A stretch of DNA of 64,000 bases from Acidimicrobiales bacterium (GTDB taxonomy: Bacteria > Actinomycetota > Actinomycetes > Mycobacteriales > QHCE01), in NCBI GenBank assembly GCA_003243955.1, contig QHCE01000009.1, positions 5,225-69,224 of the forward strand. The letters are read 5' to 3'. Below, piece after piece: positions 29,904-39,647 of the stretch. Below the pieces are notes generated by a model, which was not told where the DNA came from, ran no database searches, and saw only the letters and a list, made by a program, of their open reading frames with translations. Within the stretch, counting starts at the first letter, position 1; every line of letters starts with the position of its first letter. The position numbers and the translations under genes were made by a program.

Positions 29904-30776
29904 TAACCGACGCCAGACCTGCCGGGTCGCCGGAGAGCGATTCAGCGTGATGAAGTGCAGCCCGGGCGCGCCCTCGGCGAGTAGCCGCTGTGACAGCGCA
30001 GTGGCTACATCCACCCCAATGGCCTCAACCGCGGCCGGATCGTGCTCCACCGCGTGCAACTGCCGCGCCAGCTCAGGTGGAAATGCCGCACCAGACAGTT
30101 CCGCCATTCGTTCAATCTGCCGCACGTTAGTCACCGGCATGACGCCTGGCACGATCGGGACGTCGCACCCGGCGCGAACCACCGCATCCCGCAATCGGGT
30201 ATAGCGTTGCCAGTCAAAGAAGAACTGCGTGATAGCGAACTGCGCACCGGCACGGCATTTGGCGATGAAGTGCTTGACGTCACTGGCAAAGTCCAGCGAC
30301 CGCGGGTGTACATCCGGGAAAGCGGCCGCACCCACTACGAAGTCGCCGCTATTGGCAATCAGCTCCACTAGCTCGTGTGCGTACCGCAAGCCTTCCGGAT
30401 GTTCCACCCATTCACCGGCCGGATTTCCTGGCGGGTCTCCACGCAGTGCTAGCACATTTCGTACGCCAACATCGGCGTAGTGTCCAATCACATTGCGCAG
30501 CTGCGCAATGGAGTGATTCACCGCTGTCAGGTGAGCCATCGGCAGCAAGGTGGTCTCAGCAGCAATTCTGCCGGTCAGCGTAACCGTGCGATCTCGAGAC
30601 GAACCGCCCGCGCCATAGGTGATGGACACAAAAGACGGACTCAGGGATTCCAGCTCACGGATCGTTTGCCACAACGTCGTCTCCCCAGCATCGGTCTTCG
30701 GCGGAAAGAACTCAAACGAAAAACTCCGGCGCGGGGCGTTGATCAGATCCGCGACGCTAGCCTGTTTGCCGGGCAT
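29892..30776 (-). CDS. metF: Methylenetetrahydrofolate reductase
   Basis: It has the MTHFR-like motif RSFSFEFFPPKTDAGE...VSITYGAGGSSR. I chose ATG 30776 inside track ORF 29892..30977 because the upstream extension is non-homologous. Confidence 0.8.
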   Translation of the reverse strand: MPGKQASVADLINAPRRSFSFEFFPPKTDAGETTLWQTIRELESLSPSFVSITYGAGGSSRDRTVTLTGRIAAETTLLPMAHLTAVNHSIAQLRNVIGHYADVGVRNVLALRGDPPGNPAGEWVEHPEGLRYAHELVELIANSGDFVVGAAAFPDVHPRSLDFASDVKHFIAKCRAGAQFAITQFFFDWQRYTRLRDAVVRAGCDVPIVPGVMPVTNVRQIERMAELSGAAFPPELARQLHAVEHDPAAVEAIGVDVATALSQRLLAEGAPGLHFITLNRSPATRQVWRRLHPS

Positions 30777-30898
30777 AACGGAGGCGGCACCTAAACCCAC
30801 GAAAACATGCTCCTCATCCTCGTGGGCGCACCAACGAGTGGATAGGCGGCTCAATAGGCGTTGACCTATGCAGACGGACAATAGGTTAGCGTGCCAGC

Positions 30899-31984
30899 GT
30901 GGAGCTCTCAGCGCAGCAGGCCAACATACGTAGCGATGTCCAGTCAGCACTACGCAGCTTTTTCGCGCTGCGTGCACAGCAACTCGCAGATATCAGCGGT
31001 GAACTGCCCTCAGTCATAGCAGAACTTTCCCAGCTCGTACTTAGTGGCGGAAAGCGCCTGCGACCAACGTTTGCCTACTGGGGCTGGCATGGCGCTGGTG
31101 GTGGAGATATCGACCGCGAGGCGGCCGTGGCGGCCGCGGCAAGTCTAGAGCTGATCCAGGCGTGTGCGCTGATCCACGACGACGTTATGGACGGCTCGCT
31201 CACTCGCCGGGGTAAGCCCGCGATGCATCGACGTTTCGCGGCGCTGCACCGCGAAGGCTTCGGACGAGGCGATGCCGACTCCCACGGTGTGGCAGTGGCC
31301 ATCTTGCTGGGTGACTTCGCGTTAGCCTGGGCCGACGAGCTACTGCGTGGGTCAGGCTTTAGCGATAGCCAGTTGTCTGCCGCATGGCCGATCTTTGAAC
31401 AGATGCGCACGGAGCTAATGGCGGGTCAGTATCTCGATTTGGCAAGCCAGGCGTATGGCGATCATTGCGTGGCTCGCGCCAGGCAAGTCGCGGTGTTCAA
31501 ATCAGCGAAATACACCATCGAACGCCCGCTTCACTTGGGTGCCGCGCTGGCTGCTGGCAGCCAAGACACTATGCGCGCCTACACCAAATACGGCATCCCG
31601 CTCGGCGAAGCGTTTCAGCTCCGCGACGATGTGCTCGGCATCTTTGGCGACCCAGCAAAAACCGGAAAGCCAACCGGCGACGACCTGCGAGAGGGCAAAC
31701 GAACGGTGCTAGTGGCGGCGGCTTTTGAACGCGCTGACGCCGCACAACGCAGCGTGCTGGAGCGCGGACTTGGCGATGCTGGACTCACCGAGGCTGCCGT
31801 GGACAAGATCCGCGAGATCTTTGTCGAGACTGGAGCACTCGCTGAACTGGAAGTCATGATCAGTGCGCTCACCGAGCGCGCCTTGGACGCGCTGGAGGAA
31901 GCAGGCACGCGCGGATATATTGAACCTTTAGCACTTGAAGCACTCGGCGCCCTCGCCGTAGCCACCACAGCGCGGGTCAGCTGA
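30899..31984 (+). CDS. Polyprenyl (geranylgeranyl) diphosphate synthase family protein
   Basis: It has two Asp-rich motifs, LIHDDVMD and QLRDDVLG, and is divergent from metF as in the Rv2172c/idsA2 arrangement. Confidence 0.85.
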   Translation: MELSAQQANIRSDVQSALRSFFALRAQQLADISGELPSVIAELSQLVLSGGKRLRPTFAYWGWHGAGGGDIDREAAVAAAASLELIQACALIHDDVMDGSLTRRGKPAMHRRFAALHREGFGRGDADSHGVAVAILLGDFALAWADELLRGSGFSDSQLSAAWPIFEQMRTELMAGQYLDLASQAYGDHCVARARQVAVFKSAKYTIERPLHLGAALAAGSQDTMRAYTKYGIPLGEAFQLRDDVLGIFGDPAKTGKPTGDDLREGKRTVLVAAAFERADAAQRSVLERGLGDAGLTEAAVDKIREIFVETGALAELEVMISALTERALDALEEAGTRGYIEPLALEALGALAVATTARVS

Positions 31985-32076
31985 GCTTGGCTAATGAGCC
32001 GACACAGAACTCTAAGAAGAATCTCTACTCATCATGCAAGGCCACGAAGCAATGAGATACGCACATTAGGGTCGAA

Positions 32077-33705
32077 ATGAATAGCCACGGCTGCCATGCC
32101 ACGATGGACAACGTGCAGCACACCGATCCAAGCGGCCACGGTGAGGTGCGTAGATCCACAGACACCCTCTTGCGGCGATCACGCTGGCTAGGACTGGGCG
32201 GCACTGTGCTGTTGGCCATCGGCGCGCTCGGGGTGGGAGTATTGCCGCGACCGGACCCGCTGGCTAATGCGCCAGTGCTGCGCCTACTGCGAGATGGCAT
32301 CGGGGCTCCGACCAGCGGAGCGCTTGCCGTCATCGGCATGGCGCTCTGGGTCGTGGCATGGTGGTCACTGCGCCGTCGCATCGGCAACGGTCTAACCACA
32401 CGCTGGATGAGCGTAACCGCGGCACTCTGGTCTCTACCCTTAGCGGTGGCTCCGCCGCTGCTAAGCCGTGACGTCTACTCCTACGCGGTGCAAGGCCAGC
32501 TCGCCGAGCATGGTCTCAATCCGTATGAGCATGGGCCGGCTGAGCTCAGCTCTAGCTGGGATACCTCGGCCTCGGCAGCATGGGATCTCTCCCGCACGCC
32601 ATACGGCCCGCTGTTTGTGCTTATTGCCCGCGCTTGCGCCACGCTAGGTGAGCTCAGCGGTCATCTGGAAGTGACAATCCTGGCGTTGCGACTATTCGCT
32701 ATCGCCGCCGTAGCGTTGCTGGCGGTGTACTTGCCGCAGCTTGCACGAAGCTGCGGGGTGGACGAAAGCCGCGCGCAATGGCTCGGGCTGGGGTGCCCCC
32801 TCGTGCTAGCGCACAGTATTTCTGGTGCGCACAACGACATCATCATGGCGGCGCTAATCGTGGCCGGACTAGCACAGCTGGCCCGGAGACGGCCGCTGCT
32901 TGCTGGGGCGCTACTAGGCGCGGCTATCGCGGTGAAGGCCCCCGCGCTGCTAGTGCTACCGCTCGCGGTACTGCTGGCCCTAGCCGTCGAGCGGGGCCGA
33001 AGCACAGGGCGTAAACCCAGCATCAGCAGCGCACTTGTGGTGATCGCGGCCGCGGTGGCCGCTCTCACTGTGGTGACAGTTATCGCGGGCTTTGGTTGGG
33101 GATGGGTGAACGCACTCCACGTTTCCAGCGGCAGTGTGCAATGGACTTCAGCGCCAACCAGCTGGGGCATCGCAACCCGCTGGTTAAGCGACCCATTCGC
33201 TACCCCATCAGCCAACGACGCGGCACTACGGATTGCTCGCGCGATAGGAACGGTGCTATTGGCTATCGTTTTGTTAGCCATCTGGGGGCGTGCGACGCAA
33301 CGCGTGTACAACGCGGCACGCACGACCTACGTTAGGTCGACACCAAACAAGCACGCGTTACTCATCGACACACCTATCGATACAGAAAGCGTCCGATATG
33401 TGGTACGGGCCGCCGGGTTAGCGCTACTGGCCGCAAGCATTTTGGGGCCCACGTTCCATCCGTGGTATTTCCTGTGGCCGCTGATATTGCTGGCGGCCAG
33501 CACTCGCAGCATCAGCGGCCGAACCGCTGCCGCAAGTGCTGCGGCAGCCCTATGCTTCATAGCGCTGCCTGATGGCTACAATCTGGCTCGCTCGACAATG
33601 TCGGTAGGAGTCATCGCCGTAGTAGTCGCCACCCTTGTACTCCCAGCTAGTGCCCTGTTTGTAGCAGGCCGCCGCTCATATGCCGACCGAATAGGCGCAT
33701 CCTAG
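32077..33705 (+). CDS. GT-C polytopic membrane glycosyltransferase, MptA-like alpha-(1->6)-mannosyltransferase candidate
   Basis: It is a 542-aa multi-TM protein. Its position after idsA-like and before the Rv2175c-like/pknL-like genes matches the mptA locus as I recall it. The family call rests on synteny and topology only. Confidence 0.5.
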   Translation: MNSHGCHATMDNVQHTDPSGHGEVRRSTDTLLRRSRWLGLGGTVLLAIGALGVGVLPRPDPLANAPVLRLLRDGIGAPTSGALAVIGMALWVVAWWSLRRRIGNGLTTRWMSVTAALWSLPLAVAPPLLSRDVYSYAVQGQLAEHGLNPYEHGPAELSSSWDTSASAAWDLSRTPYGPLFVLIARACATLGELSGHLEVTILALRLFAIAAVALLAVYLPQLARSCGVDESRAQWLGLGCPLVLAHSISGAHNDIIMAALIVAGLAQLARRRPLLAGALLGAAIAVKAPALLVLPLAVLLALAVERGRSTGRKPSISSALVVIAAAVAALTVVTVIAGFGWGWVNALHVSSGSVQWTSAPTSWGIATRWLSDPFATPSANDAALRIARAIGTVLLAIVLLAIWGRATQRVYNAARTTYVRSTPNKHALLIDTPIDTESVRYVVRAAGLALLAASILGPTFHPWYFLWPLILLAASTRSISGRTAAASAAAALCFIALPDGYNLARSTMSVGVIAVVVATLVLPASALFVAGRRSYADRIGAS

Positions 33706-34047
33706 CTTCACGGCGGCAGCCTCTAGACGCTTGTCCTGTGTCCACAGCTGAACGCCCGGGGTAAGTCTGGCTGCCGCGAGAAGCTGCGCATCAACATACC
33801 CAATTCCTATGCCGTATAAAAGCTCAGCGCTTATCAGCTTCATAACTTCATCATTGGTAGCTAACGTGGCCTGAGGTAAGGAGTTCAATAAACCGATGGT
33901 TTCGACGCGCTGGCGAAGATTGCCTAAAGCAAGTTCTCCTGTAACCCACGGATGGGCGCACACCTCTAGGCGTTGGAGTAGTTCTGTCAATAGAGAATTT
34001 TCGCTGCGGAAGTGATCCACCCAGACGGAGGTATCGACTAAAATCAC
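33676..34047 (-). CDS. vapC: VapC PIN-domain toxin
   Basis: It has the N-terminus MILVDTSVWVDHF, conserved acidic residues, and a 4-nt overlap with the upstream antitoxin. Confidence 0.85.
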   Translation of the reverse strand: MILVDTSVWVDHFRSENSLLTELLQRLEVCAHPWVTGELALGNLRQRVETIGLLNSLPQATLATNDEVMKLISAELLYGIGIGYVDAQLLAAARLTPGVQLWTQDKRLEAAAVKLGCAYSVGI

Positions 34048-34241
34048 CTTGCGTCGCTCTGGCGTCTAGGGGCAGCCTCCAACGTAGGATCGCTACCGCC
34101 TAATCGCGCAAGACGTCGTGCGCTTTCTCTTTCAATCAGCGCGCGTAGCCCTTCGCGAACTAGCGTGGTCTTCTCTGTGGTTCCAGTCAGACGCTTTGCT
34201 TCCAGCAAGAGCGCATCATCTAGGGCAAGGGTTGTTCGCAT
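34044..34241 (-). CDS. vapB: VapB-type antitoxin (65 aa)
   Basis: MRTTLALDDALLLEAKRLTGTTEKTTLVREGLRALIE. I chose ATG 34241 inside track ORF 34044..34406. It is coupled to vapC. Confidence 0.7.
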   Translation of the reverse strand: MRTTLALDDALLLEAKRLTGTTEKTTLVREGLRALIERESARRLARLGGSDPTLEAAPRRQSDAR

Positions 34242-34314
34242 TGCCACTCCTTCGGCATCACTTTCATCATCTAATAATGACTCAACTAGTGCCATGTTAG
34301 CCCAGCAACACACC

Positions 34315-34382
34315 TGTCGTCGAACTCGACAAAACTGCTGTTTTTTAGCCTGAAATGCACGTTTCTGTCGAGTTCGACGACA
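34315..34382. promoter_or_regulatory. Perfect 17-bp inverted repeat upstream of vapB (operator or hairpin candidate)
   Basis: TGTCGTCGAACTCGACA (34315-34331) and TGTCGAGTTCGACGACA (34366-34382) are separated by 34 nt, 74-141 nt upstream of the vapB start. Confidence 0.5.
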
Positions 34383-34432
34383 CAAACATGCATCCCTACA
34401 GCTCACTAACTAGTTCCCAGACGCGATCCTAG

Positions 34433-34786
34433 CTACAGCGCGAGCGCCTGTGCTCGACGCTTGACCTCACGTGCTTTAGGACCGTACAGCGCATCCACTG
34501 GCTTGCCGCCCAGCGATTCATCCGGGGTAAACAGCCAGCGCAGCATCTCTTCTCGCGAGAACCCGTCATCCCGCAGCACGATAAACAACCCCGCAAGGTG
34601 AGCGGCAACGTGTTCATCCGTGGGTACCAGCTCGCCAGGGATATACACCACTCCATCTCGGCGTAGCGCAAAAAGCTCACCCTCGGCAATCATGCGATGC
34701 ACCCGCGTGATGCGCACATTGAGCCGCTGCGCCACGGCAGGAACGGTAAGCCATTCGTTAGAGGAGATCAGCTGTTCGTCAGGCAT
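34433..34786 (-). CDS. Rv2175c-like winged-HTH DNA-binding protein
   Basis: It contains the HTH-like segment WLTVPAVAQRLNVRITRVHRMIAEGELFALRRDGVVYIP and is divergent from the Ser/Thr kinase. An alternative GTG start is at 34825. Confidence 0.6.
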   Translation of the reverse strand: MPDEQLISSNEWLTVPAVAQRLNVRITRVHRMIAEGELFALRRDGVVYIPGELVPTDEHVAAHLAGLFIVLRDDGFSREEMLRWLFTPDESLGGKPVDALYGPKAREVKRRAQALAL

Positions 34787-34835
34787 GATGAGAAACCGTA
34801 CACTGGCCTTCGTGAACGTAACCACGAGCGACCCG

Positions 34836-36917
34836 ATGCAGGGGATGTTGCTCGAAAAGCGCTACCGAATTCGCGGCAAAATAGCCCAGGGCGGCATGGC
34901 CTCGGTGTATGAGGCCTTCGACGAACGACTTGAGCGCCTGGTCGCCGTAAAGATCATGCGTCCGGAGTACGCAACCGACGCAGTGTTCGCCAGCAGGTTC
35001 ATGCGTGAAGCCCGATCGACCGCGGCGCTCAATCACCCACACATCGTCGCAGTGTTCGATCAGGGTCACCACGACAACACCATGTTCCTGGTTATGGAGA
35101 AAGTAGATGGCACCACGTTGCGCGGGGTGCTGAAGCAGCGAGTGCGGCTGAACCTCGCCGAGGCGATCGGCGTAATAGAGCCTGTACTTGCGGCGCTAGC
35201 CCAAGCACACGAGCGGGGCATCGCGCACCGCGACGTGAAACCAGAAAATGTTCTGATCTCCTCGACTGGAATCGTGAAAGTCGCGGACTTCGGCCTTGCC
35301 CGCGCGGTAGAGAGCACTCATCAACTCACCAGCCGCAACACGCTGCTAGGAACCGTCGCCTACTTGGCTCCCGAGCAGATCACCAACGCTGAATCTGATG
35401 CCCGAAGCGACGTCTATGCCGTCGGAATTATGCTATATGAAATGCTCACCGGGGTTAAGCCGCATCAGGGAAGCTCGGCGATGCAGGTCGCTTACCAACA
35501 TGTGAACTCCGATGTGCCGCCACCATCAGACGTTGTGGCACAGCTTCCACCACAGTTCGACGAGCTTGTTGCCGCTGCCACTCGGCGCGACCGCACTCAG
35601 CGGCTGGCTTCCGCCGGGGTTTTCCTCACCGCGCTACGTCAAACTCGGCTTGCTCTAGGCATCACTCCATTGCTTGTTCGGGCCGCTGATGAAGTGAACG
35701 GCGCGACTGAAGCTACGCCACCAGACCCACGATCGCGGGAAAGTGCCTCCGGACTGCCTCCTGCCGCCTCAGGTCAGCAGGAGTCCGCAGAGCCGCAGGA
35801 GGAGCAATCTACTGCTCCACGAAACGATCCCGGCCAGAGCCGGAAAGCACCCAGTACGGGCACCTCAGTGATGCCGCCGCTGGGCCAGCAGCAACTAGGC
35901 GGCTCACTCACAGGAATGCATCGCGGAACCGCCGCCCCAGAGATTTATCAGCCGCCCGAGATGCCATCCGAGCCTCCGCCGCTGGCATCCTCGGCAGAGG
36001 GCGCGCGGCAGGAAAAAGATAAAAAACGCAGACTCCTCATGACCGCGTTGGCCGCGGCAGTGGTGCTGGTACTGCTAGCTGGGGGGTTGCTGTGGTGGTT
36101 AGGCGGGCGCAACGACGTTACCGTTCCCCAGTTCATCGGGTTGGATAAAACCGCGGCGGAAAGCGTTGCTAAAAAAGCGGACATCAAGGTTAGCTACGGC
36201 ACATCCAAATTTTCTGATTCGGTGAGTGAAAACGTCGTATTAGAGCAGAAGCCCGGTGCAAAACAACGCGTGGGTTCTGGCGACACCATCACGCTGGTGC
36301 TCTCGGGTGGGCCAAGGGTCCGCAGCGTACCTCAGGTGCGCGGCAAGACTCGCGACGAAGCTACAAAACTGCTGGAAGCCGAGCATTTCACGCCCGTTGT
36401 CAGCGAAGAAGAGAGCCAAGACATACCCAAAGACAGTGCAATCCACACAGATCCTGGCGAAGGTAGGAAACTTAACGTCGACTCGCAGATCCGGTTAGTA
36501 ATCAGCAAGGGGCGCGGATCTACCCAAGTTCCTGATGTGGTGGGTCTAAGTAGGGCTGACGCCGTAGCTTTGCTCGCCGAGCACGGACTTAAAGCTACGT
36601 TCACTGAAGAAACAACCGACAATGACCCGAATAGCAATGCCAGAATCGACAGTGTGCTCCGGCAACAGACGGCACCTAACTCCACAGTAGAAAAGGGCAG
36701 CGAAGTTGTGCTGGTGATCTCTGGTGGCCCCGCTCAGGTTCAAGTACCCAACGTCCGCGGCTTGGATTGCGCACAGGCACGTGAGCTTCTACGCGGCGCG
36801 GGATTGAAAGCCAACTGTCAAGGTGCAAGTAGGGGCAAAGTCTTTTTCCAGTCACCCAACGCTGGTAGTACAGCAGAGCGAAAAAGCTCCGTGGCACTGT
36901 TCACGTTTCCCATTTAA
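34836..36917 (+). CDS. Ser/Thr protein kinase with four C-terminal PASTA repeats (PknL/PknB-like)
   Basis: It has Hanks motifs GGMASVYEA, VAVKIM, HRDVKPENVL, DFGLA and APE, a TM segment (LLMTALAAAVVLVLLAGGLLWWL), then four PASTA-like units. I chose ATG 34836. Confidence 0.88.
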   Translation: MQGMLLEKRYRIRGKIAQGGMASVYEAFDERLERLVAVKIMRPEYATDAVFASRFMREARSTAALNHPHIVAVFDQGHHDNTMFLVMEKVDGTTLRGVLKQRVRLNLAEAIGVIEPVLAALAQAHERGIAHRDVKPENVLISSTGIVKVADFGLARAVESTHQLTSRNTLLGTVAYLAPEQITNAESDARSDVYAVGIMLYEMLTGVKPHQGSSAMQVAYQHVNSDVPPPSDVVAQLPPQFDELVAAATRRDRTQRLASAGVFLTALRQTRLALGITPLLVRAADEVNGATEATPPDPRSRESASGLPPAASGQQESAEPQEEQSTAPRNDPGQSRKAPSTGTSVMPPLGQQQLGGSLTGMHRGTAAPEIYQPPEMPSEPPPLASSAEGARQEKDKKRRLLMTALAAAVVLVLLAGGLLWWLGGRNDVTVPQFIGLDKTAAESVAKKADIKVSYGTSKFSDSVSENVVLEQKPGAKQRVGSGDTITLVLSGGPRVRSVPQVRGKTRDEATKLLEAEHFTPVVSEEESQDIPKDSAIHTDPGEGRKLNVDSQIRLVISKGRGSTQVPDVVGLSRADAVALLAEHGLKATFTEETTDNDPNSNARIDSVLRQQTAPNSTVEKGSEVVLVISGGPAQVQVPNVRGLDCAQARELLRGAGLKANCQGASRGKVFFQSPNAGSTAERKSSVALFTFPI

Positions 36918-37090
36918 GAGCGCTCGGTAATTGATGCTGTTCTACTGCGGTGTCCCCTGGCACTTGTGTCTCGGCTGTAGCCGAGGATATTGTCGTCGTC
37001 GCCCATACCTTCTCGGTATGAACTCCTCCTCCGCCTTGCCATACTCGACCAGGCACCACCTCGCTACGAACGATCAAATGCCGAACACTC
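36918..37090 (-). repeat. Family-1 structured repeat, copy 2 (inverted orientation, diverged)
   Basis: It is the reverse complement of the family-1 core, with rewritten but still pairing stems. It begins on the nucleotide after the kinase stop codon. Confidence 0.72.
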
Positions 37091-37154
37091 TAACCGGCCG
37101 CAATCGTGAGCTAAGCCACTTCCCGTTGCATAATTCTGATCTTAGGGTCACTTT

Positions 37155-37172
37155 AGTTAGGTAAACCTAACT
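37155..37172. promoter_or_regulatory. Palindromic operator candidate upstream of bfd-bfr (iron-regulator box-like)
   Basis: AGTTAGGTAAACCTAACT is a perfect 8+2+8 palindrome containing TTAGGT/ACCTAA half-sites like DtxR/IdeR boxes, but with different spacing. It ends 15 nt before GTG 37187. Confidence 0.4.
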
Positions 37173-37186
37173 CAGTCGGGTGGACC

Positions 37187-37387
37187 GTGTACATCTGTAT
37201 CTGCGCCCAAGTCCGCGAATGCGAACTCCGCGATGTCATCACCGCCGGTGCGCGCAACGTTGATGACATCGCGCAAGCCTGCGGCGCAGGAACCGGTTGC
37301 GGCTCCTGCACACGGCGAGTGCAAGCCGTGCTCGGCAAGTTAGCCCTACCTGAGCTCAAGAGCCTGTGCCCGGCAGAACTACGCTGA
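37187..37387 (+). CDS. bfd: Bacterioferritin-associated ferredoxin (BFD-like [2Fe-2S])
   Basis: MYICICAQV...CGAGTGCGSC cysteine pattern, directly upstream of bfr. Confidence 0.85.
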   Translation: MYICICAQVRECELRDVITAGARNVDDIAQACGAGTGCGSCTRRVQAVLGKLALPELKSLCPAELR

Positions 37388-37447
37388 ACCCACTATGCGG
37401 CTGCCGGTGCTCGCCGGTGCCGAGCACTAGTGATCAGGGACGGTGTC

Positions 37448-37927
37448 ATGCAGGGCGATCCAGGAGTCTTAGAATTTCTCAACGAACAACTCACCGCGGA
37501 GCTCACCGCGATCAATCAATACTTCTTACATGCAAAAATGCAAGAAAACTGGGGTCTGGGCAAACTTGCGGCGCACACCAAAGCTGAATCACTGGATGAA
37601 ATGCGGCATGCCGAGATCATTACCGACCGCATCCTCTTCCTCGACGGACTTCCGAACTATCAGCGGCTATTTGCTGTGCGGATCGGCGAAACAGTGGCTG
37701 AGCAGTTCAGCTGCGACATGCTGATCGAGCAGGAGGCCATCGACCGGCTGCGCCGAGCGATCGACCACTCCCGATCAGTAGGTGACGTAACCTCGGCGAA
37801 GTTGTTCGAAGACATCCTCGCCGACGAGGAGCATCACATCGATTACCTGGAAACTCAGCTGGAGCTGATCGCTAAGCTCGGCGAACAGCTGTACCTAAGC
37901 AGCTTAGTGGCGCATCCCACCGAGTAG
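37448..37927 (+). CDS. bfr: Bacterioferritin
   Basis: MQGDPGVLEFLNEQLTAELTAINQYFLHAKM...EMRHAEIITDRILFLDG...EEHHIDYLETQL. ATG 37448 lies inside the track ORF. Confidence 0.92.
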   Translation: MQGDPGVLEFLNEQLTAELTAINQYFLHAKMQENWGLGKLAAHTKAESLDEMRHAEIITDRILFLDGLPNYQRLFAVRIGETVAEQFSCDMLIEQEAIDRLRRAIDHSRSVGDVTSAKLFEDILADEEHHIDYLETQLELIAKLGEQLYLSSLVAHPTE

Positions 37928-37960
37928 TCCTCTTCTACTTCACGGTGGTTACCACCGCGC

Positions 37961-38275
37961 TTAGCCGCGAAACGGTACCGCTGTGAGCTTAATGAGTAAT
38001 TCGCTGTTGTCGGCTGCCGCGGCGCGGTTCGGTTTGTGCACCCCACAGCGCTGACACTCGTGCAGCACCACGTAACGGCCTCGCTCATAGCGAGCCGCTA
38101 CTGGACGCATCAGGCCACCACATTCAGCGTCGCGGTCTCCTGGAGCGTTGTCTACGTGGCGTGACCATAGGCACGCGGAGCAATGGTTCGTGAAACCCGA
38201 GCCGACTACGCTGCGCCCGCACGCGCCGCAGATGAAATCCTCGACACGGCGCTGAAACCGCGGCCCCGTAGTCAT
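37961..38275 (-). CDS. RNHCP domain zinc-ribbon protein
   Basis: FICGACGRSV...FTNHCSACLWSRHVD...CGGLM...HECQRCG. Confidence 0.7.
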   Translation of the reverse strand: MTTGPRFQRRVEDFICGACGRSVVGSGFTNHCSACLWSRHVDNAPGDRDAECGGLMRPVAARYERGRYVVLHECQRCGVHKPNRAAAADNSELLIKLTAVPFRG

Positions 38276-38288
38276 CCTGATACCTCTG

Positions 38289-39620
<1,332 letters not shown>

Positions 39621-39647
39621 CTACAGTCTGAGCCGTTGGGCGAACGC

